Shown here: piece by piece, positions 1 through 8,287 of the stretch | How the letters are laid out: each line of letters begins with the position of its first letter | Numbering within the stretch: the stretch's first letter is position 1 | Sequence record: DRR723986_10561 | DNA length: 40,201 bases | Direction: 5' to 3' (one strand) | Translations under genes and position numbers: made by a program | The notes under the pieces: model-generated | Seen by the model: the letters and a program-made list of their open reading frames with translations, nothing else | Databases searched by the model: none | What the model was told of the DNA's origin: nothing

Positions 1-79
1 ACACGGCGACTCGCTGAACGCGAGCGTTCCGCTGAAAGAGAATCTGATTGAAACGCTTGCTTGTTTTTGGTTCGCTCAC
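1..79 (-). CDS. Possible 5' end of a gene running off the window (MSEPKTSKRFNQILFQRNARVQRVAV...)
   Basis: GTG at 79 on the minus strand opens a stop-free frame to the window edge, downstream of and co-oriented with the sulfotransferase; too short to assign a product. Confidence 0.3.
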   Translation of the reverse strand, partial: MSEPKTSKRFNQILFQRNARVQRVAV

Positions 80-191
80 GCTTCTAATCGGGGTAATCGC
101 CCTAGCTCTTTGGTGCAACCAGCTATAGCGGATGCTGGCCGTGACGGGGCTAGGCGGCTCTCTTTCGCACAAGCGTGCTTGAGGCAATCCA

Positions 192-219
192 CCTGGGGTT
201 GAGCAGGGGCTCAATCAGG
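192..219 (-). terminator. Hairpin at the sulfotransferase stop codon (possible terminator or mRNA-stabilising stem)
   Basis: TTGAGC-aggg-GCTCAA inverted repeat with outer CCTG/CAGG pairing; no U-tract. Confidence 0.25.
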
Positions 220-1111
220 CTTGCGAGGCCTCCAGCTCCGGATCAGCAATTTGCTGTTTTGGGTCCGGCATGGTGTGCTGCTGATCTTCGCTTCCTTCCT
301 GAACAACGATGCGGTACGCAGACGAGCCAGGAAGGTCTTGCCAGAACGACAACTGCGCGTACCGATCGAACAGGTCTGGGGGCAGGATGGTCTGACGCGG
401 CCGGGGCGTGACAGTCTTATGAACACGGTGAAGACCTTCCAGCCCCAACTGCGTGTCAAACTCGGGCGCGTCATATTCAACGTTTTCAAAGTCGTGCTCG
501 AATTCCTCTTCCCCCAAGAAGTCATAGAGCAACTTCATCACATCGGCGGGCCTAGCGGTGAGCAGGTCATAGTCGACTAGAACCAAACGCTCGGCAAACT
601 CCGAATAACACGCCTCGCGAAGGGCGTGCCAAGGATAACCGACCAGCCGATTTGCCCCAGCGAGTGCTTCCACCCGCGTGTAAACCGTTGATCGCTCGCT
701 GCCGTTAAACAAGCGGGTGTTCTCGAATGCGTTCTCGCGAAATTGCCGCTCCAGAGAATCCATGATCCAAGCAACGTTGCGAACGGTGCAAATGAGCTTG
801 GCTTCCGGAAACAGTTTCATCAGTGCAGGAAGTTGCGCAGTCCACGAGCGATTCGTATCAAAGACTACAGGCTGCCCGACGTCGCCATAGTAGCTGTCGA
901 ACAATCCACGCAGGATCCGAGCCCGCTGGTGCTGGTTCACCATCGATGACAACTCGCTGCCAGCCGAGACTTGACCAATCACGCCTTCGAAAAGGCCCGC
1001 AACAGGACTCGACATACCGGCATGGAAGCGAGGATTCTGCCGAAGCAGCGCGGCTGTCAATGTCGAGCCAGAACGAGGCAGACCGGACAGAAAATGAAAA
1101 CGACGCGACAC
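215..1111 (-). CDS. PAPS-dependent sulfotransferase, RaxST-like (tyrosylprotein sulfotransferase-like)
   Basis: 5'-PSB motif HFLSGLPRSGST, 3'-PB motif ICTVRNVAWIMDS; blocks AALLRQNP, VFDTNRSW, GLHRV and LPPDLFD match Xanthomonas RaxST as I recall it. Confidence 0.85.
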   Translation of the reverse strand: MSRRFHFLSGLPRSGSTLTAALLRQNPRFHAGMSSPVAGLFEGVIGQVSAGSELSSMVNQHQRARILRGLFDSYYGDVGQPVVFDTNRSWTAQLPALMKLFPEAKLICTVRNVAWIMDSLERQFRENAFENTRLFNGSERSTVYTRVEALAGANRLVGYPWHALREACYSEFAERLVLVDYDLLTARPADVMKLLYDFLGEEEFEHDFENVEYDAPEFDTQLGLEGLHRVHKTVTPRPRQTILPPDLFDRYAQLSFWQDLPGSSAYRIVVQEGSEDQQHTMPDPKQQIADPELEASQA

Positions 1112-1273
1112 AAGCTAGCCCCCAACGCAAACGGTGGCTGACCATGTCTAGCACATGCTAAATCATTGCGGCGTCAGCCCCCTCAAGAGTTTCAGGCGAA
1201 GATGAGAGAAGGCCACCTTGAACAAAAACCGGCAAAATCTGAAGAAACGTTGCGTTCAGTGCCAGACTCAAAT

Positions 1274-1303
1274 TTTGCACGTGGACTGGGTTTGCACGTG
1301 GAC
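1274..1303. repeat. 13-bp direct repeat TTTGCACGTGGAC x2, period 17 bp
   Basis: Exact copies at 1274-1286 and 1291-1303. Confidence 0.9.
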
Positions 1304-1518
1304 GGGCCCCGTGGTCGATGCGGTTCTTGCCATAGCTACACGCACTTATTTGTGAAATCTGTTGTTCATAGGAACAACTCGTTCACTTCGAAAGTCCTGG
1401 CGGACATAGATTCGGGAATCCCCCACAATGAGTAGCAGCGATATTTGGAAGGAGAGATGACTGCGTTGCAAAGAACCAAATGTGGTTCAACGTGTCGCTA
1501 TTGCATAGAAGCTGAGCA

Positions 1519-4500
1519 TCAGCCCTCAGGCACCAAGAACCGAACGTCTACATTGGGGTTGGCCATCTCGAACTTGCTTAGTTCGCTGCGCTCGAACTCT
1601 GGTGACCTCAGGAGCAACTTCCGAAGCGTAGGCGAAAACTTGAGAGAGTTCAGTGTTGAAGCTTGGAGCTTGGTAGCACCCAGCTCAAGCTGCTTCAGCG
1701 CTGGAAATCTCTTCGCCACAAAGTCGAGCATTGACAAATCAGGGTGCGCGAGGCCCAATTCGCGGATCTGCCGAGTAGGAAGAAACTTCAATTGCTCAAT
1801 CGCAACAGGGCATTCGAAGTGAATGGCATCAAGGCCGACTATGCCTAACCTCCGTTCAAACTCGGGGGCGAGTGGGTGCTCTCCCTCGATAACGACACTG
1901 GCAAACTCTTCCCTAGGAAACCCGTCGCCCATACGCGCCAGAGCGTAGAGACTAGTCGTCGCCTGCGAAACATCACTATCAACCACGCAGCCTACGACAT
2001 CGCGAGTCTCATAGTCTGCTACTTCAGTGATCGTTCTTAGAATTCCGGCTTGAGTCCGATAGACGACCTCCTTGGCGCCATGCTGAAACGACCACCGAAC
2101 GATCTCTTCTCCAGTTTCTCTAGGATTGTCCAACGGACGCGCTCGTTTCTGGATCGACACTGGGACTTTCCAAGGAGTTGTCCTCGCCGGCACAGAGTCA
2201 ATCACCTCCCTCGCCTTGCAATCATAGACCTGGTATGAACCATCAGCGAAGTAGAAGTAGGCTAAGTCCACTGTTTGCGCATAGCGAGCAGCGGTGAGCG
2301 ACGTTGACTTGCCCTTTAGGTTAGGAAACAAAACCTCTGTCTTCTCGACAGACACCTCATCGAGATCGGGAGAGAGCTTCGAACAATAACCGTCATCGAA
2401 AAACAAGTACGAATGGTTGTCGCTCCAGTGCATCGCTGCTTTCAGATGTGTCCAGTCCCGCGCCAACTTCCCTGTCCAATCTTCAGTGATTGGGCGAGTC
2501 TTGACGCCAATGTTCGACGGATTATGCAGTTGAGTATATTCACCTGAGGAATAGAACACGTAAGAATCATTGCGATTCAAGGTGAACGCAGCGGTCAGCA
2601 TTGGGTACCGCCGATCCATCGCATGTTTCCAGTAGTACCCAGTATGCAATCGGTGGTAAAGCCGATTGTTGAAATTGATAACCTTATCGTACCGACCATT
2701 GTCCTGGTACACGTAGGAGAATCCCTTACGATTGTCGAACGCGGCGATGCTTTTGCTGGGTGGCTCTTGCTGAATGCCCAGTCCAGTTTGTTGCCCTTCT
2801 ATACTGAGCTCGATGTTTGGGTGCGAATTTCTGAACATTTCTATTTGTTCTATAGTCACATCCGGTCGAGATTCAGTTGAGCTATAGAGGAGTTGCACCA
2901 TACGCAGGTCTTGATATTCAGAAAGCTGGTCAAGGTGTGTAGCGGTCACGTTTAAGTCTGACAGGATCAAGCTACTGATGTTCGGCGGGAGTCGGTCAAG
3001 GTGTGCTTCTTCACCGGCACGCTGGTAAGGTGGGTAGTAGTAGATCCCAAGTCCCGTGATTGATTCAACTTGCTGTATTGGTGATGGATCTGGAATCGAA
3101 TGCCCGCCATCTATCACCATATAGTCGAGGGGTAGTCGACTCAGCAAGTCGCCACTTTCAGCCGCTACGGAACTAACATTGAGTCTCCTTACGTTTGGGA
3201 ACCGCTCGACGACGCATTCAAGCTCAGAGACCGAAATATGCTCTCGGAAGAGTAGAGTGGTAACCCGCGGGAAGGTATTGGCCGGAAGCTCTGCTAGCTG
3301 CCCAAAATCAAATTCGCCGTGGAAACGTAAATTCGTGATGTCTTTGTTCTGCGCAATGGCGCGAAGAGCAGATACGTTTGGTGCCTTCTCGAAGATTACA
3401 AGATTGGAAAGGTGGAACTCACGTGGCAGTCTCGCGAGCGCTGTCTCGATGCAGGTCGATTGGGTTTCGCGATTTCTGAGTCCGATCATTCCCTCAATGA
3501 CCGCCTCGAGGTCTCCGTTGGGCAATTGCTCTGGTCGGACAACGTTAAAATATTTCCCGGCCATGTCAAAGCCTGTAACCCGTACGGCATCGCCAGCACC
3601 CAACGCCCATCGCGCGTAATTAAGCGGCGTCATACGTTCAGCCGGATGATCTACCTTGACGGGCGTACCGCCAATATCATTCCGTCGAGCGGAATCTAAC
3701 TCGAACCGAACGTCGAACGTGATCCTCTCGTTGCGACCGATTGTAAATAGCTTCGTCTTCACTTCAACGCTCGTCACTGGATCGCGAAGAGTCAGATGAT
3801 AACTCTCCCCCGCATCAAATTCGTACTCTTTGCCACTTGAACCATCCAGTTGAAGCGGCCCATCTTCTTGCACCAGGGTGACGTCGATGCCCTTAGCATT
3901 CTCAAGCACCAGCACACCCTGGTTGGTAAAGAACCGGATGGCTGGTTTTCGGTAGCAGGTAGCTGTCAGCGCAGCAACCAGCATCGCCGCCAGTACGATA
4001 TAGCGTGATCGCAACCAACGACTACCCCGCACAGCGATTGATGCTTGGCTTCGAATTTGATTCGGAGCGTCGCTCGAACAGCGAGTGTCCAGGTCGCCTG
4101 TCGGTACTCGGTCTGTTGCGATCTCCGCTTGCGTGGGAATATCGACGGATTCAACCAGTGCTACCAAGTGGGATCCATCACTATACTGTTCGAGTGCACG
4201 AGAGACGGCTTCAGCATTCGAACAGCGGTCGTCAGGTGACTTTTCGAGCATGCTCCGAACAAGATTTTGGATCTCCTCAGGTACATCGTCACGAAATGTC
4301 TCAAGTGACTCAGGTTGAACGCGTTCGTGCGCGCGAATCTTGGATGCAGCACCCGCGAACTCGGGTGTCTGAAACGGAGCTCGACCGACTAAGAGGTGGT
4401 AGAACGTGCACCCCAAGCTGTAAACGTCGGCGCGATGATCCACGTCCCCCGGTCTCTCGACCTGTTCGGGTGCGATGTAATCCAGCGACCCCATGATCTG

Positions 4501-5202
4501 GCCTGGAGTCGTGAGGTCCGAATCAGCCTGAAGCAAAGAAATGCCCATATCCGCGATCTTGACCGTCCCATTTTGATCAATCAACAGGTTCGACGGCTTT
4601 ACGTCACGGTGAACCAGTCTTTGCTCATGCGCGTGTTGAAGGCCCAGGCTGGTCTGGCGAACGATTTCGCAGGCATCGGCAAGACTGAGCTTTCCCGCAT
4701 AGTTTATGATCTTGCCGACATCCGTACCGTCAACATATTCAAGTACGAGATAGTGGAGTCCGTTCTCTTCGCCCGCGTCCGTTGCTTCAACAATATGAGA
4801 GTGTTGAAGTAGACCGACCGCAGCCATTTCACGCTCAAAACGCGCCACAGTATCTGAATTCTGAAGGTGATCCAATTGTGGGAGGATCTTGATGGCAAAA
4901 TCACGTCGAAGCCGAATGTGCCGCGCACGGTAGACCCGCCCCATACCTCCAGCGCCCAGGAAATCGAGCACTTCATAGTCGCGAACCCTCGTCCCGACGA
5001 GCGACTCGTTGTGAACAATTTTGGGCGACGAAGGTTCGAGGCATTCGAAAAGGTGCTGACCAGCGGCCAGTTGATCAGCTTGCACAAGGCTCTGTACTGC
5101 TTCGCGATCCTCAGCGGACAGCGAGTCTAAAACCGCTGCGCGCTGTGCGTGATCCATCTCCCTAACTTGGTTGAAGATATCGTCAGTTCGCAGCTCATTC
5201 AT
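1519..5202 (-). CDS. Membrane-anchored Hanks-type Ser/Thr protein kinase with large ectodomain (beta-sandwich, LRR, hemopexin-like repeats, LRR)
   Basis: GAGGMG, AIK, HRDVKPSN, DMG, YIAPEQ and RADVYSLG kinase motifs; TM helix YIVLAAMLVAALTA; LxxLxL repeats; four AA...(S/A)YxF-like repeats. Confidence 0.92.
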   Translation of the reverse strand: MNELRTDDIFNQVREMDHAQRAAVLDSLSAEDREAVQSLVQADQLAAGQHLFECLEPSSPKIVHNESLVGTRVRDYEVLDFLGAGGMGRVYRARHIRLRRDFAIKILPQLDHLQNSDTVARFEREMAAVGLLQHSHIVEATDAGEENGLHYLVLEYVDGTDVGKIINYAGKLSLADACEIVRQTSLGLQHAHEQRLVHRDVKPSNLLIDQNGTVKIADMGISLLQADSDLTTPGQIMGSLDYIAPEQVERPGDVDHRADVYSLGCTFYHLLVGRAPFQTPEFAGAASKIRAHERVQPESLETFRDDVPEEIQNLVRSMLEKSPDDRCSNAEAVSRALEQYSDGSHLVALVESVDIPTQAEIATDRVPTGDLDTRCSSDAPNQIRSQASIAVRGSRWLRSRYIVLAAMLVAALTATCYRKPAIRFFTNQGVLVLENAKGIDVTLVQEDGPLQLDGSSGKEYEFDAGESYHLTLRDPVTSVEVKTKLFTIGRNERITFDVRFELDSARRNDIGGTPVKVDHPAERMTPLNYARWALGAGDAVRVTGFDMAGKYFNVVRPEQLPNGDLEAVIEGMIGLRNRETQSTCIETALARLPREFHLSNLVIFEKAPNVSALRAIAQNKDITNLRFHGEFDFGQLAELPANTFPRVTTLLFREHISVSELECVVERFPNVRRLNVSSVAAESGDLLSRLPLDYMVIDGGHSIPDPSPIQQVESITGLGIYYYPPYQRAGEEAHLDRLPPNISSLILSDLNVTATHLDQLSEYQDLRMVQLLYSSTESRPDVTIEQIEMFRNSHPNIELSIEGQQTGLGIQQEPPSKSIAAFDNRKGFSYVYQDNGRYDKVINFNNRLYHRLHTGYYWKHAMDRRYPMLTAAFTLNRNDSYVFYSSGEYTQLHNPSNIGVKTRPITEDWTGKLARDWTHLKAAMHWSDNHSYLFFDDGYCSKLSPDLDEVSVEKTEVLFPNLKGKSTSLTAARYAQTVDLAYFYFADGSYQVYDCKAREVIDSVPARTTPWKVPVSIQKRARPLDNPRETGEEIVRWSFQHGAKEVVYRTQAGILRTITEVADYETRDVVGCVVDSDVSQATTSLYALARMGDGFPREEFASVVIEGEHPLAPEFERRLGIVGLDAIHFECPVAIEQLKFLPTRQIRELGLAHPDLSMLDFVAKRFPALKQLELGATKLQASTLNSLKFSPTLRKLLLRSPEFERSELSKFEMANPNVDVRFLVPEG

Positions 5203-5399
5203 CGGTTCTCATCGCCTTTTAACCCGAATCCACGCAAAGCCCCCAAATGAGCGAAGGACTTGTTTGCCAGCGTGTCATAAAACCGGCGCGTGACCGCTAT
5301 GGAATCGTATGGTCTAGTACTCTCAATCAAAAAGGCGAGGAAATCGCTGAGTTCACTTGGTGGTTTTTGCCGTAGTTAAGAAATTAGTTCGGTATCGGC

Positions 5400-5960
5400 T
5401 TACTGTCTGAGCCACGCGACTAGTTTGGCTCGAGCTAATCGCCAGTCCGCTTCCACAGTCGACACCGAACATTCGAGGACTTCCGCTACCTCTGGGATAG
5501 TCATGCCGCCGAAGAATCTCAATGTGAGCGCTTCATGCTGGCGACTTGATTGCTCGGCGAGCCGCTGAAGAGCCTCCTCAAGGTCCAAGTAATTTACCTG
5601 GTGGGAATTCTCGATACTCTCGATCACGCTATCGAGTGGCTGCTTCTTCCAATCACCACCTCGCTTCGTAGCAGCACGTGCTTTCGCGTGGTCGATCAGC
5701 ACCTGTCGCATCGCCCGAATGGCTGAATGAAAAAGTTGTCTTCGGTTGCCAGCGTTGTCAACTACTCCCTCCTGGATGATCTTGATACAAGCTTCGTTGA
5801 TTAGCGCGGATGGTTGAAGAGTATGGTCACTGCGTTCGTTTCCCATCAGCCGGCGTGCGTGCCCGCGAAGCTCAGATTGAAGCATTTCGAACAACGAGCT
5901 TCGTGCTAGTTCGTCACCACCCTGGGCGCTGTTCAGCAGAGAAGTGATTTGGCCCGTCAT
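5400..5960 (-). CDS. ECF sigma factor, TIGR02999/ECF43-like (kinase-associated)
   Basis: ITSLL..GD..A..LF, HTLQPSALINEA, AMRQVLIDHA, KRGG, LRFFGGMT..EVAEVL..S.STVEADWRLARA. Confidence 0.92.
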   Translation of the reverse strand: MTGQITSLLNSAQGGDELARSSLFEMLQSELRGHARRLMGNERSDHTLQPSALINEACIKIIQEGVVDNAGNRRQLFHSAIRAMRQVLIDHAKARAATKRGGDWKKQPLDSVIESIENSHQVNYLDLEEALQRLAEQSSRQHEALTLRFFGGMTIPEVAEVLECSVSTVEADWRLARAKLVAWLRQ

Positions 5961-6545
5961 TTCGACCTCAACTTACCACCACGGACGGAGAATTTAGAGA
6001 AGAGCTTCCTGGCTGGAGCAGTATTGTACACTCTTGTTACCCCCCCGGCAGGCAAAAGTGTAAGTCCAGACGCAGATGAGACGTCGACAAGTACGATGAA
6101 ACATACTGTACTGCTCACGGTATAGAGTCGGGGTAATCGACAGACCGTTTTCGCGGCACTGATATCGTGGTGCGGCCCGGCAAACCAAAGGCAAACCAGC
6201 AAACAAATTTTGCCCAAAGCCTATAAGCTAACGCTGCAGCAAGCAGTTGCAAATCGACTGCATTATTTTGCCTTGCCAGACATCTGAACAGATCTCGCCC
6301 GTCTTTCCTTTCAACGATATTCGGCCTACCCAAATGGTGTGCGGTTTGGGGACGCAAGATCGTTGATGACGCATTGTCTCCTAAGAACTTCCGGAATTGA
6401 ACCCTTCTTCTGGCGATGCAACACCGGTCTGCAGATGTACGTAGAAGTGTTCCAAGCTAGAGAATCTGTGCTGACGAACCTGCTGTCCAATGTCGGACAA
6501 GAAACATCAAGCATGATATAGCGAGCCGGGGGCGGACCGCTAAGA

Positions 6546-7034
6546 TCACGCTGGTGCGACTGAGTACATCGCACTAGAAATGTTTTCCTCCCCGTCAGAA
6601 ACGGGCTCCAGCTTGACAACGACAACCGCACAGTGCGCAAGCCGGGTCACTCGCTCCGCAACACTTCCCAGGACGAGCCTAGAGAAGCCAGTTCGCCCGT
6701 GCGAGCCAACAACAATCAATTCAGCTCGAAGTTCGTCGGCCAAGTCCGCGACAACTTGGCCAGGGTCACCAAGCCGCACATCGAGTTTCAGCGCCCCGTA
6801 CTTCTCTACAGGGAGCGTTTCCTGCAAGCTTTCGAGAGCGTGCGTGATACGCGACGCATCATCTACTGTGGCCCAAACCACTCCCGGTTCGGTTGGTATC
6901 ATGAATGGAAGAACGTGCACAACATGAATCTGGCTGACGTCCTCGGCCAGCTCTACGGCCTTTGCAACAGCATGCATAGCGTGTTCAGAGAAATCGAACG
7001 GGACGACAACTGGTTGATTGATTGACCATGGCAT
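6546..7034 (-). CDS. Universal stress protein (USP)
   Basis: VVVPFDFSE, GDPG, LIVVGSHGRTG..LGSVAERV motifs; GGAGG Shine-Dalgarno before ATG at 7034, so start reassigned from 7325. Confidence 0.93.
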   Translation of the reverse strand: MPWSINQPVVVPFDFSEHAMHAVAKAVELAEDVSQIHVVHVLPFMIPTEPGVVWATVDDASRITHALESLQETLPVEKYGALKLDVRLGDPGQVVADLADELRAELIVVGSHGRTGFSRLVLGSVAERVTRLAHCAVVVVKLEPVSDGEENISSAMYSVAPA

Positions 7035-7130
7035 GACGACAGCCCTCCGGAAAAGGAAATACGGGAAAAGAAAGTAGCCGCGCCTTACTCCGAGAGTCGC
7101 GGGGCACGCTTTCTCAACCATGAAGAGCAG

Positions 7131-7147
7131 TACAAACGGCGTGCCAA
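7131..7147 (-). promoter_or_regulatory. Candidate sigma-54 (-24/-12) promoter for the USP gene
   Basis: Minus strand TTGGCACGCCGTTTGTA versus consensus TGGCACG-N4-TTGCW; -12 reads GT instead of GC. Confidence 0.4.
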
Positions 7148-7409
7148 GTGCCAGTGTCTTATCAAGTAACAGTGTCTGATTCTGGAGATACGAAGCGGAG
7201 GGGCGTCTGTGATCAAGCAACCAGCTCCAGGCGCATGAAAAAAGCTCGCACTTCTTTGCTACAGAAGGGCGAGCTTCGATTCCATCATCTCGGACGGTGT
7301 GCTGGTGAGCGATAAAGTTCTGCAATATCAGTTAGCTCAGGGGCAGTGCGAGCAGCGACTGCACATGTGCTTGTGCGTCACCAACGCACATGCCTCTGAG
7401 AAGGGGCTG

Positions 7410-8138
7410 CTACTTGAGTTCCTTCAGACGGATATCTTTGAATTCAGCCCACATCGGAACGCCAGCATGTAACTGCAGAGCAAGAACGCCCTTCTTGAGT
7501 GCAAACTCCTCGCCATCGGTGAAGTCGAGGATTAGCCGACCATTGTAGAAGTGCTGAATGTTGTTGCCCTTGGCAATGATTACCACGTCATTCCAGTCGT
7601 CCATTTTGACGAGCTCAGCGAACTCATCAGCGGTGATCAGCGTTTCGACCAAGTCGCGCTGCTTCGGCGTCTTTGCGACTGCTTTCTCACCCACTAGGCA
7701 GATCCGACCGCGCCCAAGCTTCTCGCCATAAATGAATCCAGCGACATTGGGCAGCTCTTTGCTATTGCGAATCTCATGCTGATAGCCTTTCACCACCCAT
7801 TCATTGGATGGCTTGTCGGTAACACGCTCCGAGCGATACTGAATGCCGGAGTTGTTTTCTCGGGAGCAACGAAAAGATAGGCGGAGCTCGAAGTCCTTGA
7901 GTTCACCACCCTTCCAGATCAGAAACGTATTGCCCTTCGCCTTCTTTTCTGGTGTAGTTTCCCCGTGGATCACTCCGTCTTTAACGCTCCACAACCGCCC
8001 GTCACCGTCCCAACCGTCAAGCGACTTCCCGTCGAACAGTGAATTCATGTCTGCCGACTCTTTGGGCGCCTCAATCGGATCCGCCGCCAAAGCAGTTGTT
8101 GAAATTGCGAGTGAGACGATCATAGCTAGACGCTGCAT
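7410..8138 (-). CDS. DUF1080 / 3-keto-disaccharide hydrolase family secreted protein
   Basis: Signal peptide; LFDGKSLDGW, DFEL, NSGIQYRS, GYQHEI, DWN, G.LALQLH, FKDIRLKEL; GGAG before ATG at 8138. Confidence 0.9.
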   Translation of the reverse strand: MQRLAMIVSLAISTTALAADPIEAPKESADMNSLFDGKSLDGWDGDGRLWSVKDGVIHGETTPEKKAKGNTFLIWKGGELKDFELRLSFRCSRENNSGIQYRSERVTDKPSNEWVVKGYQHEIRNSKELPNVAGFIYGEKLGRGRICLVGEKAVAKTPKQRDLVETLITADEFAELVKMDDWNDVVIIAKGNNIQHFYNGRLILDFTDGEEFALKKGVLALQLHAGVPMWAEFKDIRLKELK

Positions 8139-8287
8139 GGTTGCTCCAGTTTGCATTCCGAGATGTGTGCTGTCTGTGCTGGTCAGTCTGACTGGCACTT
8201 GATTCTATCCAACACCAGATTCTCGCCTGGATCGAATCGCATTGCAAGCGAACACTCCCTAGCATCGGGCGGCAAACCTGCCTCCTG

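Noticed and set aside
1166..1435. Divergent 89-aa ORF upstream of the sulfotransferase as a RaxX-like precursor
   Set aside because: No GG-leader or Asp-Tyr core, a single Tyr in a non-acidic context, a TTG start and overlap with intergenic repeats
1445..1822. Plus-strand ORF with an AAGGAG sequence near an ATG
   Set aside because: The Shine-Dalgarno is too close to the ATG and most of the ORF is antisense to the kinase
6073..6102. Hammerhead-ribozyme-like CAGATGA...GAAAC
   Set aside because: The core must be CUGAnGA but reads CAGATGA, and no convincing stems I-III form
6179..6360. c-di-GMP-I riboswitch-like words (GGCAAACC, GGGACGCAA)
   Set aside because: The elements are far apart, there is no GNRA-capped stem, and they lie on the strand opposite the flanking genes
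7035..7325. 97-aa N-terminal extension of the USP in the ORF track
   Set aside because: Not protein-like; a strong GGAGG precedes ATG 7034 and a promoter-like motif lies inside the extension
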